Shown: in pieces, positions 28,757-37,395 of the stretch
Layout of the letters: the number at the start of each line of letters is the position of its first letter
Numbering within the stretch: the stretch's first letter is position 1
DNA from: a candidate division WWE3 bacterium
GTDB lineage: Bacteria > Patescibacteriota > WWE3 > UBA101185 > UBA10185
DNA: 44,112 bases
Assembly (NCBI GenBank): GCA_945897985.1
Contig: CAMDGN010000003.1
Span: forward strand, 1-44,112
Direction: 5' to 3'
Program-made: the position numbers and the translations under genes
The notes under the pieces: generated by a model
Databases searched by the model: none
Told to the model about the DNA's origin: nothing
Seen by the model: the letters and a program-made list of their open reading frames with translations, nothing else

Positions 28757-29347
28757 GTGATAATTATAAAAATAAAGCTTAAATTAAGAAGATTAATTTC
28801 TTATTTACTTGCTGGAGTGTTAGTTGGGGGAGTTGCATATGCTGCAATTAGTAATAAAATTTTCATGAAAGGAACATCGTTTTCAACTTCAACCGTGCAA
28901 TTAAAATTCTTGAAAAATTTAAGTCAGGATTTGAGTACTGCAAATCTTACTTCGGAGCTAATTGGTATTTCTTTTGAAGGTATTTTAAATGGTTGGCAAC
29001 AGGACTATCCTGTTAAGATCACAAATACGTCAACTAAGAACATGAATGTTTGGACTTACGCTAATTACCAAACAGATCAAGACCCAGCATCGCTACGATA
29101 TTCACTATATGTAGAACTGCTTCCTTGGAACGACCTTAATAATGACGGCGTAGTAGATTCTGGAGAAGAAGGGGCTTCTCTTGGTAAAAAGTCATTTGTT
29201 AAATGGAAAACAGAAGGGTTTGACTTAGGGAGTCTTGAAGGAAATAAAGCTTATGGATACATCCTGAGATTTTCGTCTTTGGACATTACAGATGCAAAAC
29301 AAGGGGCTTCGGGTATCTTTGATTTCGAGTTCGGCGTGCTTCAGTAG
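28757..29347 (+). CDS. Secreted TasA/CalY (camelysin)-like protein; start codon uncertain
   Basis: Basic N-terminus, hydrophobic stretch, GGVAYA-A cleavage site; TSFSTSTVQL, VKITNT and QG..F.FEF...Q recall TasA/CalY; DLNNDG Ca-binding-like loop. Confidence 0.6.
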   Translation: MIIIKIKLKLRRLISYLLAGVLVGGVAYAAISNKIFMKGTSFSTSTVQLKFLKNLSQDLSTANLTSELIGISFEGILNGWQQDYPVKITNTSTKNMNVWTYANYQTDQDPASLRYSLYVELLPWNDLNNDGVVDSGEEGASLGKKSFVKWKTEGFDLGSLEGNKAYGYILRFSSLDITDAKQGASGIFDFEFGVLQ

Positions 29348-29371
29348 TTAACTGCCCTTCTGCCCACTAAG

Positions 29372-29380
29372 TGATAAAAT
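29372..29380 (+). promoter_or_regulatory. Extended -10, leaderless-type promoter of prfB
   Basis: TG-A-TAAAAT, 7 nt, ATG. Confidence 0.65.
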
Positions 29381-29387
29381 CTAGTTT

Positions 29388-30389
29388 ATGGAAGAACGAG
29401 TTCAAAATTTAAATTTTCTTAAAGAGAGTCTTGGTTATCTCAAAAAATCTACTCGAATAGCGGAACTTAAAGATGAGTTAGAATCAGAAAAGGTTTGGAC
29501 TGACTGGGAATTAGGTCAAAAATTATCGAAAGAGCTAGGTTCTCTACAAAAAGATGTAGCTGCAATAGATGAAATAGAGTTTTACTTGCTTGAAGAGGAT
29601 TTCAGTGGGTTTGATAAAAACTATCAAAAATTACGACTCAAAACATTCTTAGGTAACAACTACGATAAACTTGGTTGCATTTTTACAATTCACGCCGGAC
29701 AAGGCGGTGTAGAAGCTATGGACTGGGTAGCGATGCTAGGTAGAATGTATCAAATGTATTTTGATAAGAAGAAGTACCATTATCAACTAATTGAGGAGAT
29801 TTCTGGAGACGAAGCGGGTTATAAGCAGCTTTCTTTTGAGATTACAGACGAGTATGCTTTTGGGTTTTTAAAAAATGAAGCAGGGGCACATAGGCTTGTT
29901 AGAAATTCTCCTTTCAATTCAGATAATTTGAGACAAACTTCTTTTGCGTTAGTCGAAGTTATTCCTCTAGTGGATGAAACTATTGAAATTGAAATTAAGG
30001 ACGAGGATATAGAGTTTGAAGCTTATAGATCTGGAGGAAAAGGTGGTCAAAATGTTAATAAAGTATCCACTGCAGTTAGAATTAAACACAAACCTACTGG
30101 AATTATTGTTGAGAGTCAAACCGAACGATATCAAGGAAAAAATAGGCAAATTGCTCTGGATGTTTTAAAATCAAAATTATATGCAATTGAAGTGGAGAGA
30201 ATGGAGAAAGCTAGAAAAGAAATTAAAGGTGAATATAAGATTCCTGGGTGGGGAAACCAGATTAGAAACTATGTACTTAATCCGTACAAATTGGTAAAAG
30301 ATCTAAGAACTGATTATGAAACAGTTGAAGCACCAGCTGTTTTAGACGGAGATTTAGAAGAATTTATTCAAAGAGAAGTTGGTATTTAG
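29388..30389 (+). CDS. prfB: Peptide chain release factor 2, no programmed frameshift
   Basis: SPF specificity motif, [19 protein letters not shown]; uninterrupted ORF. Confidence 0.97.
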   Translation: MEERVQNLNFLKESLGYLKKSTRIAELKDELESEKVWTDWELGQKLSKELGSLQKDVAAIDEIEFYLLEEDFSGFDKNYQKLRLKTFLGNNYDKLGCIFTIHAGQGGVEAMDWVAMLGRMYQMYFDKKKYHYQLIEEISGDEAGYKQLSFEITDEYAFGFLKNEAGAHRLVRNSPFNSDNLRQTSFALVEVIPLVDETIEIEIKDEDIEFEAYRSGGKGGQNVNKVSTAVRIKHKPTGIIVESQTERYQGKNRQIALDVLKSKLYAIEVERMEKARKEIKGEYKIPGWGNQIRNYVLNPYKLVKDLRTDYETVEAPAVLDGDLEEFIQREVGI

Positions 30390-30584
30390 ATATTTTATTG
30401 CAATTAAAATTCCAAAAGAAATAGCAATCAAAACTAATGTTTTGATTAAATCTTGATTAATCATTTTGGTTAAGTCTTTGTTTTCAGTAACCTTCTCTGT
30501 TTTTTCTAGCACAATTCCTTTTGCCTTTAACTCATTGTTTAAGGCTTGTACTTTAGCGCTTAGGTTTGGGTATCTTTTTTTCAT
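30354..30584 (-). CDS. Small hypothetical protein with C-terminal TM helix
   Basis: ATG 30584 lies 6 nt after TATAAT; [21 protein letters not shown] segment. Confidence 0.7.
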   Translation of the reverse strand: MKKRYPNLSAKVQALNNELKAKGIVLEKTEKVTENKDLTKMINQDLIKTLVLIAISFGILIAIKYLNTNFSLNKFF

Positions 30585-30725
30585 GAAATTATTATATATC
30601 AATTTGTTTTTATTTTTATGAATAAAAGTTATACCCTTTATAGGTTATTTTATGTAATCAAGCAAAAAAGAGCCTTTATCATCTAAAAATTTTTGCTAGT
30701 ATATTAGCATCGAGAACAAATTATT

Positions 30726-31304
30726 ATGTTAAAAGAATTATTCATTTCAGAAGTAAGAGTCAATTTAATTAAATTTTTGGTTAAAAACTATGATCAAGAG
30801 TTTCACGTCAGGGCTTTAGTTAGAGAGCTAGGTGTTGAGATCAACGCAATAAGAAGAGAACTAGAAAAATTAACTAAACTTGATATTTTAATCAAAAGGC
30901 CTTGGGGGAATAAAATTTTTTACAAAATGAATATTCTTAGCCCTTTTTATCCGGATTTTGTTTCGTTGATCTACAAAGAAGAGGGCATATCCCTGAAATT
31001 TCTAAAAGCAAAAGATAATTTGGGTAACATCAAATTTTTAGCTTTGTCTAAAGAATTCTGTAAAGGTAGGCAGGCCTCAGCTTTAGAGCTTGATTTGCTT
31101 ATTGTGGGAAACCCAAATCTTAATGTTTTAGAAAATATTATTTCTAAATTTGAGCAAGAAGAGAGGGAAATTAATTATTCAATTATTTCCGAAGAAGAGT
31201 TTATTCAAAGAAAAAGAAAGTTTGATACATTTGTAATTAAATTTTTAATTCAACCAAGGATCATGATTTTTGGAGATGAGTTTGAAATTACAAGGATAGC
31301 CTAA
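30726..31304 (+). CDS. Winged-HTH protein with degenerate nucleotidyltransferase-like C-terminal domain
   Basis: HVRALVRELG..INAIRRELEKL..GNKIFY wHTH; ELDLLIVG and REINYSI NTase-like strands. Confidence 0.7.
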   Translation: MLKELFISEVRVNLIKFLVKNYDQEFHVRALVRELGVEINAIRRELEKLTKLDILIKRPWGNKIFYKMNILSPFYPDFVSLIYKEEGISLKFLKAKDNLGNIKFLALSKEFCKGRQASALELDLLIVGNPNLNVLENIISKFEQEEREINYSIISEEEFIQRKRKFDTFVIKFLIQPRIMIFGDEFEITRIA

Positions 31305-32653
31305 TGTTTAAGAACAATTCTTCAAAATTACTATTAATCACTGTTTTATCTACTTTAGCTGTCCTAATTTCTCTACCAAGAATAGACATCAAGTATGAAG
31401 GTAAATACTTCAATATCAATTCTTATATTGGAGGCTACATTATAAATATACCTTTTACATCAAAATTTTTAGATTTTAGTGATTTTAAAAAAGGATTGGA
31501 TATTGAAGGAGGCGTTAAAGTTGTTATTAGGTTAGATATGTCCGAAGTTCCTGCAGCAGATCAGCAGAAATCTGCAGAATCAGTTCGGGATATTCTTAAT
31601 CGAAGAATAAATTACTTAGGAGTTTCAGAAACATCTACTTACATTTCTAAGGCAAATAACGATTACAGAGTAATAGTTGAAATTCCTGGACAGAAGAATT
31701 TAGAAGCTGCTATTAAATCTATTGGATCTACGGCCCAGTTAAAGTTTAAAGTTATCAAACCAGGTTTAAGCTGGCCAATTACAGACCCTAAATTAACAAT
31801 TAGCGATATATTTGTTGATAGCGAGGTTAATGGAAAAGATCTGATTGGAAGTGAGGTAAGTTTTGATTCTACAAAGAACCAACCAATTATCCAGCTTAGA
31901 TTTTCGAACGAAGGACGAGAAAAGTTTTCAAATTTAGTTAAACAGAATGTAAAAAAACCGATCGGTATTTTCTTAGATGAATCACTACTTCAAGCTCCGG
32001 TTGTATCTGAGGACTTAGCTAATGGCTTAACCTCTGACCCTACAATTACTGGTGTAGATCTAGAGACCGCTAAAAATATATCTTCCCTACTAAGAGCAGG
32101 CGCTTTACCTGTTCCTATTGAGATAGTTCAACAATCTTTAATAGGTGCAACATTAGGTCAAGAATCTGTTAACAAAAGCTTAATTGCTGGATTTATTGGG
32201 TTATTTATTATATTTATTTTCTTAAATATTACTTATAAGAAATTAGGATTAATAGCTTCTGTTTCTTTACTTATTTACGTGGCTTTTGTACTTGCTACAT
32301 TTAAGTTGCTTAATGTTGTAATTTCTCTACCGGGAATTGCTGGATTTGTATTCTCAATCGGGGTTGCCTGTGATGCTTGCATTCTTATATTTGAAAGAAT
32401 TAAGGAAGAATCGAGGTGGGGTAAACCATCAGCAATTGCTATTGTTAACGGTTATAATAGTGCCTGGTCAAGTATTAGAGACTCGAATATTTCTACCCTA
32501 ATTGCTTCATTTATTTTATTTCAATTTGGATCGGGATTTGTACGGGGCTTTGCTTTAACCTTAGCGATAGGAATTATGTTTTCGCTCTTATGTTGCGTTT
32601 ATATTTCTAGGATTTTGGTAACTACATTTATTAAGGAAGTTAAATTTAAATAA
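31304..32653 (+). CDS. secD: Protein translocase subunit SecD
   Basis: GLDIEGG, RRIN.LGVSE, LRAGALP, LPGIAG..IG.A.DA.ILIFERIKEE, VRGFA.TL. Confidence 0.97.
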   Translation: MFKNNSSKLLLITVLSTLAVLISLPRIDIKYEGKYFNINSYIGGYIINIPFTSKFLDFSDFKKGLDIEGGVKVVIRLDMSEVPAADQQKSAESVRDILNRRINYLGVSETSTYISKANNDYRVIVEIPGQKNLEAAIKSIGSTAQLKFKVIKPGLSWPITDPKLTISDIFVDSEVNGKDLIGSEVSFDSTKNQPIIQLRFSNEGREKFSNLVKQNVKKPIGIFLDESLLQAPVVSEDLANGLTSDPTITGVDLETAKNISSLLRAGALPVPIEIVQQSLIGATLGQESVNKSLIAGFIGLFIIFIFLNITYKKLGLIASVSLLIYVAFVLATFKLLNVVISLPGIAGFVFSIGVACDACILIFERIKEESRWGKPSAIAIVNGYNSAWSSIRDSNISTLIASFILFQFGSGFVRGFALTLAIGIMFSLLCCVYISRILVTTFIKEVKFK

Positions 32654-32654
32654 T

Positions 32655-33542
32655 ATGAAAATTTTAAACTACTCAAAATTATTAATTTCAGTCTCTGTTT
32701 TGATTATAGTAAGTGGAATATACATTATTTCTTCCTACGGGTTCAAAACATCTATTGAATACACAGGTGGAACAGTATTTTCATATAATAGTTCCAAGCA
32801 AGAAGATTTGAATTCTATTAAAAACTTTTTAAAGAGCGTAGGTTATGAAACTTCTGAAGTTTCCCAAGAGGGTAATTTCATTAAAATAAAAGTTTCAGAA
32901 ACTAATTCTGATAAGGTTGTTGATTTAAAGGCTAAAGTTTCCAACTTTAATAACGATCTTAAAATCGAAAGTGCGGAGACAATTGGTTCTTCAATGGGAA
33001 TCGAGTTTGCTAAAAACTCTTTCCTAGCTCTTCTATTTTCACTCTTAGGAATACTATTGTTTGTAACTTATTCTTTCTATAACCTTCCTAACAATATTCC
33101 GTCTTGGCAGTTTGGGGTTGCTACATTGATTGCTATGTTTCATGATGTTTTGATTGTTATATCTTTATTTAGCTTGATGGGGTATTTCTATGGTGTTGAG
33201 ATTGACTCATTGTTTCTTACAGCGTTATTAACAATAATTGGCTTTTCAGTTAACGATACAATCGTAGTATTTGATAGAATCAGGGAAAATTTAATTAAAT
33301 TCAATAATAAAATGAATTTTTATGAAATATGTAATTTATCAGTATTTGAAACACTAAACAGGTCGTTAATAACTTCATTTACGGTAATTTTGATTATGTT
33401 TGCTCTTTACCTGTTGGGCGGGGAGTCTATTAAATATTTCTCTTTAGCTTTAGTTGTAGGGATTACCGCTGGAACCTATTCTTCTATTTTTATTGCAACT
33501 CCATTTGTTCTACTAATTAATAAGCAGTTCAAAAAGAACTAA
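32655..33542 (+). CDS. secF: Protein translocase subunit SecF
   Basis: IEYTGG, FHDV, IGFSVNDTIVVFDRIREN, GTYSSIFIA. Confidence 0.97.
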   Translation: MKILNYSKLLISVSVLIIVSGIYIISSYGFKTSIEYTGGTVFSYNSSKQEDLNSIKNFLKSVGYETSEVSQEGNFIKIKVSETNSDKVVDLKAKVSNFNNDLKIESAETIGSSMGIEFAKNSFLALLFSLLGILLFVTYSFYNLPNNIPSWQFGVATLIAMFHDVLIVISLFSLMGYFYGVEIDSLFLTALLTIIGFSVNDTIVVFDRIRENLIKFNNKMNFYEICNLSVFETLNRSLITSFTVILIMFALYLLGGESIKYFSLALVVGITAGTYSSIFIATPFVLLINKQFKKN

Positions 33543-35179
33543 TGTTTGACTGGGATATAAAAGTATCATCAAACAATTTCAAAGTTCTTTCTGAGAATTT
33601 GCTCGCTTCTAGAATCGGAAATCTCACCAAGGAACAGTACTTTAACCCTCCTCAGCCCGTATCTTTTATTTCCGAAGCTTATTTTGACCCATTCTTTATA
33701 GAGAACCTTAAAAAGGCTAAAGAGATAATTTTTGATGCAATTAAAAATAATGAGTTAATAATCATCCATGGTGATTACGATGCAGACGGAGTTTGTGCTA
33801 CATCTATTATTCTTAAAACAATAAAAGAGACCCTTAACTATCCCCTATGTGAGTATATAATTCCTGACCGTTTTGAGGATGGTTACGGACTCAGCGATAA
33901 AACGCTTCAAAAAATTCTTGACCTCTCGTTTAATCAGAAACACTTACTTATTACTGTAGATTGCGGTATTACTTCGATTTCTCAAATTAATGAACTTAAA
34001 AAAAAGGGAAATCGAATTATCTTGACTGATCATCACCACAAACCTGAGATCCTCCCAGAAGCGGATGCTGTCGTTTGGAGCGATAAGGTTGTTGGGTCAA
34101 CTCTAGCTTGGATTCTTTCCTTGGGACTTGGTAACAAAGACCCTAAATTTTTATCTTTGGCTTCGATAGCTACAGTTACCGATGTTTTTCCTTTAACTGA
34201 CATGAATAGGTCTATTGTTAAACATGGTATAAAAGTTCTTCAGACTAATCCCCCGCTTCCGATTAAAAGTCTTTCTGCATACCTTGGGAAGTCATTTAAG
34301 GATATTGGTACCTATGAGCTTGGGTTTGTAATTGGGCCAAGACTTAATTCCTCTGGAAGAATTGGTAGTGCTGATTCATCGATAGAGTTTATGATCTCTG
34401 AGGATGGGGATATTGTAAAAGAGTTAATTTCAAAGATAGATACTATAAATCAAAAGAGACAGCAGATAACTGAGGAATCCTTGGAAAGTCTTGTTGTCGA
34501 TGAACTAAACCTTCCAAAAATAGTGGTTGTATACAATCCAAATTTCCATGAGGGCGTAATGGGCCTCATAGCTTCTAAAATAGTTCAGAAATATCATAGA
34601 CCTGCATTAGTAATCTCAAATAATCACGATAAATTAAAAGGCAGTGCTCGTTCCATTAAAGGAATTAATGTAATTGAAATCTTAAATAACTATAAGGATT
34701 TATTTATATCCGTTGGTGGTCACGAACTCGCCGCGGGTTTTTCACTTTCAGAGGAAAAGCTTGCAGAATTAACTGAGAAACTAAACTCTCATATGGAGGT
34801 AAATTTTTCAAACTTTTCATTTATTAAAAAGATAAAGGTTGATGCTGAGATTGGGTTTGATTTAATTGATATGGGGCTACTTAATTTTATTAAATCAATG
34901 GAGCCGTTTGGTCCTTCTAACGATGAGCCAAATTTTAGTACCAATCAAACTGTAATCAAGGATAAAAAGTTTATGGGCGAAAAAAAGAATCACATGTCAT
35001 TAATTCTGGAGCATTCAGGCAAAACTTTTAAAGCCTTACTTTTTAATTTTGATAAAGCTTACGAAAATTTGTATTTAGGTCAAAAGATTGACATTGTCTA
35101 CAAAATTAGAAAAAATGAATACAACAATAAAATCTCAATTGATTTAAACTTAATTGATATAAAGCTAAATAATGATTGA
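33542..35179 (+). CDS. recJ: ssDNA-specific exonuclease RecJ
   Basis: GDYDADG, DGYG, TVDCG, TDHH, GPRLNSSGR, GSARS, GGH..AAG, EPFG..N.EP. Confidence 0.97.
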   Translation: MFDWDIKVSSNNFKVLSENLLASRIGNLTKEQYFNPPQPVSFISEAYFDPFFIENLKKAKEIIFDAIKNNELIIIHGDYDADGVCATSIILKTIKETLNYPLCEYIIPDRFEDGYGLSDKTLQKILDLSFNQKHLLITVDCGITSISQINELKKKGNRIILTDHHHKPEILPEADAVVWSDKVVGSTLAWILSLGLGNKDPKFLSLASIATVTDVFPLTDMNRSIVKHGIKVLQTNPPLPIKSLSAYLGKSFKDIGTYELGFVIGPRLNSSGRIGSADSSIEFMISEDGDIVKELISKIDTINQKRQQITEESLESLVVDELNLPKIVVVYNPNFHEGVMGLIASKIVQKYHRPALVISNNHDKLKGSARSIKGINVIEILNNYKDLFISVGGHELAAGFSLSEEKLAELTEKLNSHMEVNFSNFSFIKKIKVDAEIGFDLIDMGLLNFIKSMEPFGPSNDEPNFSTNQTVIKDKKFMGEKKNHMSLILEHSGKTFKALLFNFDKAYENLYLGQKIDIVYKIRKNEYNNKISIDLNLIDIKLNND

Positions 35180-36197
35180 AATCTCGCCTAGTAAAAAATT
35201 GCTTGTAAATCTATTTCTCCTTTACACGAAAGGTCTCCATTTTTTTGATTTACAGATTAGAACCGTTCTTTTAGTTGTTCTTACAACGGCTTTTTCTTAC
35301 ATTCTTTGGAATGCTAGGGGAATGAACCTTGAGGATTTCATGAAAATTACCAGAAGAAAGCCGATTTTGGCTTTATCTGAAACTGTTCCGTTTAATGTCC
35401 TTAATTCAAGTTCTCAATTAGCTTCCAATGAGAATAAGGTTATTCCAAGCACCATCCCAGCCAGAAAAATTCTTAAACTAAAACCTACAAATATACAAGC
35501 TAAGAGTTACATTGTTTATGATCTAGATGACAGTAGATTGGTAGCTGAGAAGAATAAAACTTTGCAGCTCCCTCCTGCTTCGTTAGTTAAACTACTTTCT
35601 GTAATGGTTTTTACTGATAACTTAAATTTAGATAATTACACTTTGGTTCCACAAGAATGTACTCAAGTTAATGGTCAAAAAGCTGGTTTAAAGTCCGGTG
35701 AGAAAATTTCTGTTAAAGATTTATTATTCTCTTCTCTAATATATTCTGCTGCTGATTCCGTATGCACTCTTTCTAGAATTAATTCTGATCGAGATCTACG
35801 TTTTTTTAATAACTATGCAGAATCAATCGGTATGAAAAATTCTAATTTTACTAACTACATTGGACTTGATTTTGAAGATAACGTTACAACTTCAGAAGAC
35901 ATTTTGAATATGACACTTAGCTTTATCAAAAAAGATTTATTTAACAGTATCGTGAAGTTAAAAAGCTACCAAATGGAGAACGGGAGGGTTATATATAATA
36001 CTAATAAAATGTTATTTGAGAACCAGTATTCGATTGGAATTAAAACAGGTACCACTGGGGGAGCTAATGAGAACTTAATCTATAGGTATAAAAATGACGA
36101 TCTTCAAAGGGATGTTTTAGTTGTAATCTTAAATTCGTCCGACCGCTATCAGGATTCAAGAAATATAATCTCAAATCTTTATCTAGATGTTGAGTAG
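35172..36197 (+). CDS. D-alanyl-D-alanine carboxypeptidase family (peptidase S11) protein
   Basis: N-terminal TM; PASLVK (SxxK), GM..SNF.N..GLD, KTG; SxN position reads SAAD. Confidence 0.88.
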   Translation: MIEISPSKKLLVNLFLLYTKGLHFFDLQIRTVLLVVLTTAFSYILWNARGMNLEDFMKITRRKPILALSETVPFNVLNSSSQLASNENKVIPSTIPARKILKLKPTNIQAKSYIVYDLDDSRLVAEKNKTLQLPPASLVKLLSVMVFTDNLNLDNYTLVPQECTQVNGQKAGLKSGEKISVKDLLFSSLIYSAADSVCTLSRINSDRDLRFFNNYAESIGMKNSNFTNYIGLDFEDNVTTSEDILNMTLSFIKKDLFNSIVKLKSYQMENGRVIYNTNKMLFENQYSIGIKTGTTGGANENLIYRYKNDDLQRDVLVVILNSSDRYQDSRNIISNLYLDVE

Positions 36198-37354
36198 TAT
36201 TTAGGGTTTAGCGCTGGGGTATAGATTGTAATTTTGCCCTTTTCTCCTGAAGCTAGCTCCATAGACCCCTTGAATACGTAAATTGGCTGGATATTAGTAT
36301 TAATTGAAGTATCATCAAAGTTATCATAATAAGACACTTCAACACTTTCTACTGAAATAGTCTTAATATTTGTGTTTTCTTTATTTGGAACAAATCTAAA
36401 TTCTGAATTATTGACTTTAATCTCTGAAATAACAAAATTCTTGGCTTTCAACTGGCTTTCAACTACTGTTGGGATAGGGTTTAAGTCAAACAGATCCCCA
36501 TTATATGAGAGTTTATAATCAATTTTATTGAGTTTTATAAAGGGGAATCGATAGTTTTTAAAAGAATTTTCGATTTCCGGCCTTAGACTAGCGATAAAGA
36601 AATAAATCTGGGGAAAATCGTATCTCTTTGAAACTACTTTTTTGTTCTCAATGCTTCGATAGATCTTTAAATAAGAAAGTTCTGAACTAATATTATTACT
36701 TTCTACAAGATAGTTGCTTTCGAATCTCAGGAAAGTTGGTTCTAAAATTAAGCTATTAACCTCTTCTTTGGTAAATCTTCCGGTTAGACCTAGAAAATTT
36801 AATGCAAAATTTCCTGGAATATTGTTTGAGATAAAGTTTCCTCCATTTACATAGCTCTTCAAGAAGGCAATTTCATTACCTTGAGGAAATTGAGACATTT
36901 TTTTATTTACTTTATTAATTTCGAATTGAAGTCCGTTTTTACTCCAGACGAATTTATTACTAATATCACCATTATCTACTAGATTAAGATCGTCATACCC
37001 TGATTCAAAGGCAATTCTTTTTGCGGTAGGAAGGTAGTCGATATCTTCAAGCTTTGAAAAGTTATATTCATACAGTTTGATTTGTTTGGATTCTAAATTC
37101 TTCCATTGAGAATCTGGATTTCCAATATAAAGGATAGTTGTATTAGAGAGGTTGTAGTTTAGAGCCTGATCCTGAGTAAAGTTGATTGGGCTTACATAGT
37201 TTGCAATAACTTCTTTTTGAGTTGCTTTTTGGGCTTGGGAGGCGTAGTCGGATATAATGGGTGAGATATAAATAAATATCGCTACAACTATCACTACTCC
37301 TATTAAGACATTAATCATTTTTTTTATATAGCTAGATACTTCGTAAAGCTTCAT
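36179..37354 (-). CDS. Hypothetical membrane-anchored extracytoplasmic protein
   Basis: 391-aa ORF, single N-terminal TM, C-terminal IQPIYVFKG strand; extended -10 6 nt upstream of the ATG. Confidence 0.8.
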   Translation of the reverse strand: MKLYEVSSYIKKMINVLIGVVIVVAIFIYISPIISDYASQAQKATQKEVIANYVSPINFTQDQALNYNLSNTTILYIGNPDSQWKNLESKQIKLYEYNFSKLEDIDYLPTAKRIAFESGYDDLNLVDNGDISNKFVWSKNGLQFEINKVNKKMSQFPQGNEIAFLKSYVNGGNFISNNIPGNFALNFLGLTGRFTKEEVNSLILEPTFLRFESNYLVESNNISSELSYLKIYRSIENKKVVSKRYDFPQIYFFIASLRPEIENSFKNYRFPFIKLNKIDYKLSYNGDLFDLNPIPTVVESQLKAKNFVISEIKVNNSEFRFVPNKENTNIKTISVESVEVSYYDNFDDTSINTNIQPIYVFKGSMELASGEKGKITIYTPALNPKYYSTSR

Positions 37355-37395
37355 ACAAAAATATTATCATATTTAATCGTGATAAAATTGGAGTT
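37355..37395. promoter_or_regulatory. Back-to-back leaderless-type promoters
   Basis: Minus: TG-A-TAATAT (37369-37361), 6 nt, ATG. Plus: TG-A-TAAAAT (37380-37388), 7 nt, ATG. Confidence 0.65.

Noticed and set aside
28408-29347. Prophage or integrated element suggested by the XRE gene
   Set aside because: No integrase, att repeats or phage genes nearby
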